From positions 1-10,636 of IMG/VR virus record IMGVR_UViG_2534682295_000015: a stretch of 10,636 bases of DNA; one strand, written 5' to 3'. How positions within the stretch are numbered: the first letter of the stretch is position 1; the number at the start of each line of letters is the position of its first letter. Made by a program: the position numbers and the translations under genes. Positions 1 to 6,583 of this stretch are shown here, piece after piece. This DNA is from a virus (lineage: Duplodnaviria > Heunggongvirae > Uroviricota > Caudoviricetes). The notes under the pieces were generated by a model. The model was not told the DNA's origin. It saw nothing but the letters and a program-made list of their open reading frames with translations, and searched no databases.

Positions 1-115
1 AAAGGCAGAGAAAGCAACTAAAGGAAGCTACATCGTAGGGCATACATCTGTTAACCAGCACGGCAATTTAACAGGAGTTTTTGTTTGCCAAAAATGGAAA
101 GGAGAACCCGGTGGC

Positions 116-868
116 GTGATTGCGGAATGTCATGTTAACTGCCTGATTGAATCAGATGATCAGGCTTATGCAAACGCTGAATTCATAGCAGAGGCTAACC
201 CGGCTACCGTGCTGGAACTGCTGGATGAACGGGAAAGAAACCAGCAATACATCAAACGCCGCGACCAGGAGAACGAGGAGATTGCGCTTACGGTTGGGAA
301 GCTGAGAGTTGAGCTGGGAGCAGCAGAGAACAACCTTATTGATAGTGAATGCCATGTTGCTGAACTGGAAGAAGCGCTACGCGATAAGCAGGCGTTACTT
401 GAAGCATCAGAGAAGCGCATAGCAGAACTGGAAGCCGAACTCGTAAGCCAAACTTACAAGTTGCCACACACGCAGTTTGAACAGATTGCTAACCTCTACG
501 AAATGCAATTTGATGACGGTCGCACTTGTGCCTTTCACACTGATGCGCAAAAGGCTGAGCAATGGCTTCAGGCGTGCGACGGAAACAGGGTTCAGGAATA
601 CGTTAAGCTGGAACGGTTGCAGAATGCGCTGTCTGGCAACTCTCCGGTAACTCCGGATGGTTGGATAAGTTGTAGTGAGCGAATGCCGGATACCAAAACA
701 GCCGTTCTTGTTGCCGTGGAGTTTGACAGGAAAGGTGACTGGCGAATGAAGTGGGCGACTTACATCCCGGGGCATCCTGACGCTAATGATGGGTGGATAA
801 TTCCTGGTGCGTCGTGGAAACCGTCACACTGGATGCCGCTACCAGAACCGCCGCAGGAGGTGAACTGA
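116..868 (+). CDS. Ead/Ea22-like prophage protein with C-terminal DUF551-like domain (possibly 5'-truncated by window edge)
   Basis: 250-codon ORF from GTG 116, with AAGGAG-like SD at about 99-104. The same frame is open back to position 2, so the true start may lie upstream of the window. N-terminal part carries the ...AEFIAEANPATVLELLDE... signature plus a coiled-coil-like E/L/A/K-rich stretch, as I recall for Ead/Ea22-like proteins. C-terminal ~70 aa (WISCSERMPDTKTAVLVAVEF...WMPLPEPP) fits the DUF551 pattern. Stop TGA 866-868 overlaps the next ATG. Confidence 0.6.
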   Translation: MIAECHVNCLIESDDQAYANAEFIAEANPATVLELLDERERNQQYIKRRDQENEEIALTVGKLRVELGAAENNLIDSECHVAELEEALRDKQALLEASEKRIAELEAELVSQTYKLPHTQFEQIANLYEMQFDDGRTCAFHTDAQKAEQWLQACDGNRVQEYVKLERLQNALSGNSPVTPDGWISCSERMPDTKTAVLVAVEFDRKGDWRMKWATYIPGHPDANDGWIIPGASWKPSHWMPLPEPPQEVN

Positions 869-1263
869 TGGAAAATGAAGGCGATAATATCATCACACTG
901 GTGCAGCCAAAGCGCGATGAAGAGAAGCTGCTGAACATTACAGTAACTGGCAGAAAAAACTACACACAACAGAGCTGTAAGCATCGGGCCATTGAGGTTC
1001 ATGAACAGGATCACGTTATCCTGTGCTTGCAGTGCGGATGTGTTGTGGACCCTTTTCAGTATGTTCTGCGGTGTGCGAACGATGGTGAGGCTGTGGTGAG
1101 AGAGATTAGACAGCTTCATAACAGACACGATCAGCTCCGAGAATCTGTTGCCAGCCTCGAGCGTGAAGAAAAGAACACCAAAGCACGGTTGCGGGCAGCA
1201 AGAACTGCAATACTGTATGCGGAAAATGACCTTAAAAATATTGAGCAGAAGGTGAATCAATGA
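868..1263 (+). CDS. Hypothetical phage protein, Cys-rich zinc-ribbon-like segment plus C-terminal coiled coil
   Basis: ATG 868 overlaps the upstream stop (ATGA) and is preceded by GGAGG at 856-860; the ORF-track start at 793 lies inside the upstream gene and is rejected. Product MENEGDNIITLVQPK... (131 aa) contains CKH-x14-CLQCGC and a charged helical tail. No family recognised. Confidence 0.55.
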   Translation: MENEGDNIITLVQPKRDEEKLLNITVTGRKNYTQQSCKHRAIEVHEQDHVILCLQCGCVVDPFQYVLRCANDGEAVVREIRQLHNRHDQLRESVASLEREEKNTKARLRAARTAILYAENDLKNIEQKVNQ

Positions 1264-1343
1264 CCTGGCCTGAAGCATTCGCAAATGTAGGAACAGTAAT
1301 GGCGGTGGTGCTGGTTGTGTATTCGATTTGTCGCTGGAGATAA
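1260..1343 (+). CDS. Possible small single-helix membrane peptide (27 aa), translationally coupled
   Basis: ATG 1260 overlaps the upstream TGA (ATGA). Product MTWPEAFANVGTVMAVVLVVYSICRWR has one hydrophobic helix. Very short, so coding status is uncertain. Confidence 0.3.
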   Translation: MTWPEAFANVGTVMAVVLVVYSICRWR

Positions 1344-1396
1344 AAACGGTTTGCGGGAAAAGGAGAGTTAAGTAGAATTGCTGCGGGTGCTTGAGG

Positions 1397-1432
1397 CTAT
1401 CTGCCTTGGGCATGAACACCAAAGGCAGATAG
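1397..1432. repeat. Imperfect inverted repeat (12-13 bp arms, ~10 nt spacer) at the left edge of the low-GC island
   Basis: CTATCTGCCTTGG (1397-1409) ... CCAAAGGCAGATAG (1419-1432) are near-perfect reverse complements (one extra T). No T-run follows on either strand, so it is not a canonical intrinsic terminator. Confidence 0.5.
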
Positions 1433-1633
1433 AGAAAAACCCACCCGACTATAAATCAAAGTGTATTACCCCCATTTGTTGGACGATGAAATGGGTTTAG
1501 TTAACTATGTCGGTATCGACATGACTAAAACAACCTTAAATTGCTCGATTAATAGACAAGTAGTTTTGAAAGATTAAATTTATGCGATCCGGTATTTTCA
1601 AGGGATAGCCTTTATGAGGTTATCTTATGGGGT

Positions 1634-1662
1634 TAAAACATCAAGAACAGTTGTGTTATAAT
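1634..1662 (+). promoter_or_regulatory. Candidate sigma70 promoter with extended -10 (TGTTATAAT) upstream of the C5-methyltransferase gene
   Basis: TGnTATAAT at 1654-1662, about 33 nt upstream of ATG 1695, with a weak -35-like TTAAAA around 1633-1638. Weak SD-like AAGAGA at 1676-1681. Sequence-based prediction only. Confidence 0.3.
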
Positions 1663-1694
1663 ACATAGAAACTAATAAGAGACGTTGCAACTAT

Positions 1695-2846
1695 ATGAAT
1701 GTAATAGATTTGTTTTCTGGCGTTGGAGGTCTAAGTCTTGGTGCTGCACGTGCTGGATTTGATGTTAAAATGGCAGTTGAAATTGATCAACATGCTATTA
1801 ATACTCACGCAATTAATTTTCCAAGAAGTTTGCACGTCCAAGAAGATGTTTCTTTACTAAATGCAGAAATAATTAAGGGTTTTTTTAAAAACGATATGCC
1901 CATAGATGGTATTATTGGCGGTCCTCCGTGCCAAGGATTTAGTTCAATAGGCAAGGGGAATCCTGATGATAGCAGGAATCAGCTTTACATGCATTTCTAC
2001 CGTTTAGTATCAGAATTACAGCCATTATTCTTTTTGGCAGAAAATGTTCCAGGTATTATGCAAGAGAAATATTCTGGCATTAGAAATAAAGCATTTAATT
2101 TGGTTAGCGGTGATTATGATATTCTTGATCCCATCAAGGTAAAAGCATCTGATTATGGTGCTCCAACTATTCGAACTAGATATTTTTTTATCGGTGTAAA
2201 AAAATCATTGAAGCTTGATATTTCAGATGAAGTATTTATGCCTAAAATGATTGATCCGGTTACTGTAAAAGATGCTTTGTATGGATTACCAGATATTATC
2301 GATGCCAATTGGCAATCAGACTCTGAGAGTTGGCGAACAATTAAAAAAGATCGAAAAGGGGGATTTTATGAAAAATTATGGGGGCAGATCCCTCGGAATG
2401 TTGGTGATACAGAATCGATCGCTAAGTTAAAAAATAATATCATATCTGGATGTACCGGAACATTACATAGCAAAATCGTCCAAGAGCGTTATGCTTCCTT
2501 ATCTTTTGGGGAAACTGATAAAATTTCAAGATCTACAAGATTAGATCCAAATGGTTTTTGCCCGACTTTAAGGGCGGGAACCGCTAGAGATAAAGGAAGC
2601 TTTCAAGCCGTCAGGCCGATCCACCCTTATCATCCAAGAGTGATTACACCAAGAGAAGCTGCTAGATTACAAGGCTTCCCTGATTGGTTTCGCTTTCATG
2701 TAACTAAATGGCATAGTTTCAGACAAATAGGAAATAGCGTGTCACCAATAGTTGCTGAATATATATTAAAGGGGCTGTACAATTTATTAAATAAAAGAGT
2801 ACAGCCCGAATATTTAAACCATAATTCTTTGGAAGTTAGGGTATAA
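1695..2846 (+). CDS. DNA (cytosine-5)-methyltransferase, Dcm-like
   Basis: 383-aa ORF with canonical C5-MTase motifs in canonical order: motif I DLFSGVGG (1707-1730), motif IV catalytic GGPPCQGFS (PCQ at 1926-1934), motif VI ENV (2040-2048), motif X-like RQIGNSVSP near the C-terminus. AT-rich codon usage matches the island. Confidence 0.9.
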   Translation: MNVIDLFSGVGGLSLGAARAGFDVKMAVEIDQHAINTHAINFPRSLHVQEDVSLLNAEIIKGFFKNDMPIDGIIGGPPCQGFSSIGKGNPDDSRNQLYMHFYRLVSELQPLFFLAENVPGIMQEKYSGIRNKAFNLVSGDYDILDPIKVKASDYGAPTIRTRYFFIGVKKSLKLDISDEVFMPKMIDPVTVKDALYGLPDIIDANWQSDSESWRTIKKDRKGGFYEKLWGQIPRNVGDTESIAKLKNNIISGCTGTLHSKIVQERYASLSFGETDKISRSTRLDPNGFCPTLRAGTARDKGSFQAVRPIHPYHPRVITPREAARLQGFPDWFRFHVTKWHSFRQIGNSVSPIVAEYILKGLYNLLNKRVQPEYLNHNSLEVRV

Positions 2847-3803
2847 CCTATAGTATTTATAATAGTTATCCCGTTCATTTTCGTTTAAAGAGAACTCTTC
2901 AGCGGCTGCCTGATATGCTTCTTTATCAGGCAGTTTACTATCTAAATTTATCTTTTCTTTAATTGTTAGTGTTGGTATTGCTATTTCTTGCACGTCTTCC
3001 CAATTTGTTGAATAAAATTGCCAGTTAGAAAGGTCGCATGCCTTAGATAACTCTATATATTCTTGTTCTGAGGAGAAAAAACCTGATATTGTCAACATGG
3101 TATGACTGCCATCATTATATTGATTTAAGGATAATGGGTAATACTGAATCTTATCCTTACGTCCTGAAAGACCACGTTCTATTGCTGATCTAAAAGCGTT
3201 TGTAATAATTCGTATTAAAAGAGCTTTAATCTTACGATCTGAAAGATCTGCATTTGATATCTGAAGATTAAAATCAAGATACTTTTTCCCAAGCAATGAT
3301 TTTAATGAATTAATAAAAGCTTCTTTAAAAATATCTAAACTTTCTCCAACTCTACGTTGGTAATAAGAACTAGGATTTATGGGGAAGGTGACCTTCAAAA
3401 TATCAAAAGAGCTTACTTTAGTACTTAGTAAGTGTATATCATCTAGATCCGTTTGTATTTTTTTCGGGGAGGCATAGTCTAACCATGTTATTGATGGTTT
3501 AGAAAAACTATAATCAAGAATAAAGTCATGAGCTGATATTAGCTTACAATCAATACAATTATAAGGCAAATTATATTTTTGTCTGATGTGAGTAGACTCT
3601 TGTTCTTCGAGAGAAATCATATCAGAAAGAGCGATACGATTATGCATGATTCTAAAATCTTCAAGCATCGGACCACCAAAACCTATATATGTATATTCTT
3701 GAATATTTAGTCTTTTGCTTAAGAGGTTTAGGCTTTCGAGAAAAATCTCTCTATCAATAGACTTATTATGCCTTAAGTGATAGGGAATGTATTGTCCAGA
3801 CAT
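2814..3803 (-). CDS. Hypothetical protein (~329 aa), downstream partner of the GHKL ATPase; function unknown
   Basis: Minus-strand ORF; ATG at 3803-3801 overlaps the upstream TGA (TGATG), with an in-frame GTG one codon further upstream (3806). GAGGTG SD-like sequence about 7 nt upstream. Product MSGQYIPYHLRHNKSIDREIFLESL...EYTYIGFGGPMLEDF... has no catalytic motif I can assign. Its 3' end overlaps the convergent MTase 3' end by 33 bp (2814-2846). Confidence 0.7.
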   Translation of the reverse strand: MSGQYIPYHLRHNKSIDREIFLESLNLLSKRLNIQEYTYIGFGGPMLEDFRIMHNRIALSDMISLEEQESTHIRQKYNLPYNCIDCKLISAHDFILDYSFSKPSITWLDYASPKKIQTDLDDIHLLSTKVSSFDILKVTFPINPSSYYQRRVGESLDIFKEAFINSLKSLLGKKYLDFNLQISNADLSDRKIKALLIRIITNAFRSAIERGLSGRKDKIQYYPLSLNQYNDGSHTMLTISGFFSSEQEYIELSKACDLSNWQFYSTNWEDVQEIAIPTLTIKEKINLDSKLPDKEAYQAAAEEFSLNENERDNYYKYYRLYPNFQRIMV

Positions 3804-5194
3804 CACTTCACCTCTTCAATCACCGTATCAAAGCATTGCATCCCCACATCAGAAGCGCTAGCATCTTCATGTCCAAAGAAATATTTAGATAAAATTTTAA
3901 CATCTTCTTTCTCTCTGGTGAAGATTATTCGTACAGTAGAGCTTTTTTTTACTGGGGTAGGCAGCTTAGGTGTATATCGCCACTCATTTTTGTTTCTATT
4001 AGGGTTGGACCAGTTATTTTTTTTATCTTCTGGAGTTGATTGTGGGGTAATTTCAAATAAAGATTGAGCTTCATGTGACTGAGCTGACTTAAGTAATTTT
4101 TTCCCTTCTTCAAGATGCTCACCTTTCCACTGATTGGTGAATCGAATAAAATGCATCATCCCTTCAATCATTTTATTTCGTACATCATTGTACAATGTAG
4201 AACTAAGATCGACACCTCGTTTCGTTGTTGTTATTGGTAATTTTTCTGGGTTTTTACTGGTAAAGCGAACAACCCCAGAAATTGCTATAAATTGGGTATG
4301 AAACCTTGGTACATTAGCAAAGCCCCAACCTGTGAGATGTGTCTTATCACAATATAGAACAACGCGGTCATTGCAAATGACAGTCCATCCAGCATCATCA
4401 GAACTCCTTTTTTCTAAAACATCATCATTGTCATCTTCTAAATTTTTATAGAAGCCAACAACTAAATCGATATCAACATCGTCTATTTTAGCTTTATATA
4501 TGTATGGTTCTATTTTAGAATGATCAGTTATGATGTTAATCGGATTATGTTCAACAACAACTCCATTTAATTCTATTTTAAATCCTTTTTGAATAATAAA
4601 TGACAATGAGTGTTTTATCTGTAAAAAGAGATCAGTAAGATATGTGCTCTCATTAAATTTTTGTGCCACATTAGAATGGAGTTTTTTTATCTCTATAGTT
4701 GTGCCTGTTGGATTTTTGTTATCATAGTCACTCTCGTGCATCGGTATTTTCCAACCATCACCATCGATCCAATCAGGTGTTATATCTACAGTGAATGCGC
4801 CATCGGGATTATTCGATTGTATTGAGCAATCTCTACCCATTTTAAAAATGGCTCTTTTCATACCAATACCATAGACGCCAACGGTGCCTTCATTTTCTTC
4901 TTCTTTTTGATGGGGTCGTCCCATTTTAAAAGCATATTCTCGGAAGCTTTTAGGGATACCTCCGCAATTGTCTTCTATAATAAAGACATCTTTATTAATC
5001 GTAAGTTTCGCATAAAATCCTTCATATGGTTTTGAAGTTTTTTTTGTGTCTTTTATTGTACGTAAAGCCCCATCGACGCAGTTATCAAGCAGATCAAGTA
5101 TGGCATCGTTTAAGTCGATATCTCGAGTTAGCATACTTACAAAAAATCTTTTACTAGGACTAAAGTCTGCTGTTGGAGTCGTGTTCTCAGTCAT
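3803..5194 (-). CDS. GHKL-superfamily (Bergerat-fold, MutL/MORC/Hsp90-like) ATPase, 463 aa
   Basis: N-terminal region carries the three ATP-binding motifs in canonical order: N-box-like DLLDNCVDGA (aa 34-43, nt 5066-5095), G1 box EDNCGGI (aa 74-80, nt 4955-4975), G2 box GVYGIGMK (aa 106-113, nt 4856-4879). The C-terminal ~300 aa are unassigned. ATG at 5194-5192. Confidence 0.8.
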   Translation of the reverse strand: MTENTTPTADFSPSKRFFVSMLTRDIDLNDAILDLLDNCVDGALRTIKDTKKTSKPYEGFYAKLTINKDVFIIEDNCGGIPKSFREYAFKMGRPHQKEEENEGTVGVYGIGMKRAIFKMGRDCSIQSNNPDGAFTVDITPDWIDGDGWKIPMHESDYDNKNPTGTTIEIKKLHSNVAQKFNESTYLTDLFLQIKHSLSFIIQKGFKIELNGVVVEHNPINIITDHSKIEPYIYKAKIDDVDIDLVVGFYKNLEDDNDDVLEKRSSDDAGWTVICNDRVVLYCDKTHLTGWGFANVPRFHTQFIAISGVVRFTSKNPEKLPITTTKRGVDLSSTLYNDVRNKMIEGMMHFIRFTNQWKGEHLEEGKKLLKSAQSHEAQSLFEITPQSTPEDKKNNWSNPNRNKNEWRYTPKLPTPVKKSSTVRIIFTREKEDVKILSKYFFGHEDASASDVGMQCFDTVIEEVK

Positions 5195-5246
5195 AATTTA
5201 CTCTCTATGTGTTTGGGAAAATAAATACCTTAAGTGCAAATTGTTG

Positions 5247-5274
5247 ATTTTAAACGCTTCGCATGCGAAGTCAA
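5247..5274 (-). promoter_or_regulatory. Candidate sigma70 promoter of the GHKL operon (TTGACT - 16 nt - TAAAAT on minus strand) with an embedded 14-bp palindrome
   Basis: Reverse complement of 5240-5280 reads ...cgTTGACTtcgcatgcgaagcgttTAAAATcaacaa... : -35 TTGACT (plus 5269-5274), 16-nt spacer, -10 TAAAAT (plus 5247-5252), about 50 nt upstream of ATG 5194. The perfect palindrome CTTCGCATGCGAAG (5257-5270) fills the spacer and overlaps the -35. Confidence 0.35.
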
Positions 5275-5368
5275 CGATGTTAAGAAAGAAAGTGCATGTG
5301 ATCTAACAGTATGTTTTTAAAAAAAGATTAGCTTTATGAGAATTCAGGACTGAATCCCGTGAGAGGAA

Positions 5369-5384
5369 AATAACATATGTTATT
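5369..5384. repeat. Perfect 16-bp palindrome AATAACATATGTTATT in the island's regulatory region
   Basis: Read directly: the sequence equals its own reverse complement. Followed by two TTGTTGCA direct repeats at 5383-5390 and 5410-5417. Confidence 0.6.
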
Positions 5385-5693
5385 GTTGCATTGCTGTGTT
5401 GTTTGGGATTTGTTGCACCATTCTGGCGTTGGTATATCTAGTTCGTTGTTCATTTTGTTAATTGTACAACAGGCAGACAACAGAGAGCTTTTAGCCTAGT
5501 TAGCTTACGAAATTAAACAACTAAGATTATCGGCGGGGAGTGGTCACCGCTACTCTTTGGCTAGGAGACTTCAACGCAACCGCACACAACCAGCTTCGGC
5601 GGGTTTTGTTTTTTCCTGGCATTCTGGTTTACAATTTGCGTGCTAGCTTGAACAACTGGCATCTGCTGCACTGCGCCATCGAGAGATTGAGAA

Positions 5694-6293
5694 ATGGCGC
5701 ATATACAACTGGTCAAACAAACTTCTTCTGGTTTACTTCTCCCGGCGACGCCGGAGAGTTGCGATTTTCTGCATCAAATCAAAATAGGTGAGTGGATACA
5801 CGCAGATTTTAAGCGTGTGCGTAACTACGCATTCCACAAGCGTTTTTTCAAACTCCTGCAACTGGGATTCGATTACTGGACTCCGGTCGGTGGGGCGATC
5901 ACGCCTCGCGAACGAGAACTGCTGTCTGGTTTCGTTGATTACCTGTGCGAATCAGTTGGTCGGGAACACACGCCAGCCCTGAGTGATGCCGCAGAGCAAT
6001 ACCTTAACACCGTTGCGACTCGTAGAACCCGGGATACGGCGTTGCTAAAGTCGTTTGAGGCTTTCCGCGAGTGGGTAACCATTCAGGCCGGATTTTACAC
6101 CGAGCATATTTATCCGGACGGTAGCCGTGGGCGTCGGGCAAAATCCATCGCTTTTGCGAATATGGACGAAGTCGAGTTTCAGCAGGTTTATAAATCTGTA
6201 CTGAATGTGCTGTGGAACTGGATTCTGTTCCGTAAATTCTCCTCTCAGGAGGAAGTTGAAAATGTGGCCGCACAACTACTGGAGTTTGCGTAA
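5694..6293 (+). CDS. Conserved lambdoid nin-region protein (199 aa), function unknown; resembles the DUF1367 family as I recall it
   Basis: ORF with ATG 5694, GC content and codon usage matching the phage backbone. Stop TAA 6291-6293 overlaps the next ATG (TAATG). Family assignment is from memory and unverified. Confidence 0.7.
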   Translation: MAHIQLVKQTSSGLLLPATPESCDFLHQIKIGEWIHADFKRVRNYAFHKRFFKLLQLGFDYWTPVGGAITPRERELLSGFVDYLCESVGREHTPALSDAAEQYLNTVATRRTRDTALLKSFEAFREWVTIQAGFYTEHIYPDGSRGRRAKSIAFANMDEVEFQQVYKSVLNVLWNWILFRKFSSQEEVENVAAQLLEFA

Positions 6294-6583
6294 TGGTGAA
6301 TTTACGTAAAGCGGCTAAAGGCCAGATATGCCAGATCAGAATCCCTGGCTACTGCAATCACAATCCCGAAACCTCTGTGCTGGCGCATTACAGGCTGGCG
6401 GGAACGTGCGGAACAGCGATAAAGCCACACGATATGCAGGCAGCGATTGCCTGTAACTCATGCCACGATTTAATCGACGGGAGAGTAAAAACCAGCGATT
6501 ACACCAAAGAAGAATTGCGCCTGATGCATGCAGAAGGTGTTTTTCGCACACAAGAGATCTGGAGAAAGGACGGTTATTTATGA
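6293..6583 (+). CDS. YbcO-like (DUF1364) putative zinc-binding nuclease of lambdoid phages
   Basis: 96-aa product with CQIRIPGYCNHNPETSVLAH...CNSCHDLIDG (CxxxxxxxC ... CxxCH), which resembles prophage YbcO-type proteins as I recall them. Coupled to both neighbours by overlapping stop/start codons. Confidence 0.6.
   Translation: MVNLRKAAKGQICQIRIPGYCNHNPETSVLAHYRLAGTCGTAIKPHDMQAAIACNSCHDLIDGRVKTSDYTKEELRLMHAEGVFRTQEIWRKDGYL

Larger units (their letters stand above)
1440..5540. other. AT-rich horizontally acquired cargo island (moron) inside the prophage
   Basis: Sampled 60-nt lines inside give ~25-38% GC (e.g. 2101-2160, 3301-3360) against ~53% in flanking phage DNA (e.g. 8401-8460), counted by eye. 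Codon usage inside is A/T-rich at third positions. Boundaries are approximate. No flanking direct repeats, integrase or transposase seen. Confidence 0.7.

Noticed and set aside
152-775. Three minus-strand ORFs (152..355, 166..420, 407..775)
   Set aside because: Antisense to the Ead/Ea22-like gene, Ser/Leu-rich low-complexity translations, no start context.
793-867. ORF-track N-terminal extension of the 868..1263 gene
   Set aside because: Lies inside the upstream gene in another frame. ATG 868 has a GGAGG SD and a stop/start overlap, so it is the more plausible start.
760-1422. 220-aa minus-strand ORF
   Set aside because: Entirely antisense to two well-supported, translationally coupled + strand genes (116..868, 868..1263). 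No SD, low-complexity product; typical shadow ORF in GC-balanced DNA.
2696-2878. 60-aa minus-strand ORF across the MTase 3' end
   Set aside because: Antisense to the strongly supported MTase, in AT-rich DNA where stop-free runs of this size arise by chance.
2814-3803. PD-(D/E)xK nuclease motif in the 329-aa partner
   Set aside because: Candidate acidic/lysine patterns (e.g. ADLSDRK, FDILK) do not have the required spacing and can arise by chance. No nuclease call made without a profile or structure comparison.
3777-5306. + strand ORFs 3777..4067 and 5046..5306
   Set aside because: Antisense to the GHKL ATPase gene, which has canonical motifs in frame. No independent support.
5540-5982. + strand ORFs 5540..5791 and 5788..5982
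   Set aside because: Overlap the start of, or are out of frame within, the 5694..6293 gene, which has the better start context and is coupled to downstream genes.
6004-6551. Minus-strand ORFs 6004..6273, 6045..6275, 6336..6551
   Set aside because: Antisense to the coupled + strand nin-block genes; no start signals.
6460-6579. Upstream extension of the Q-like ORF to 6460
   Set aside because: Would overlap most of the YbcO-like gene in another frame. ATG 6580 with ATGA overlap and an SD is preferred.
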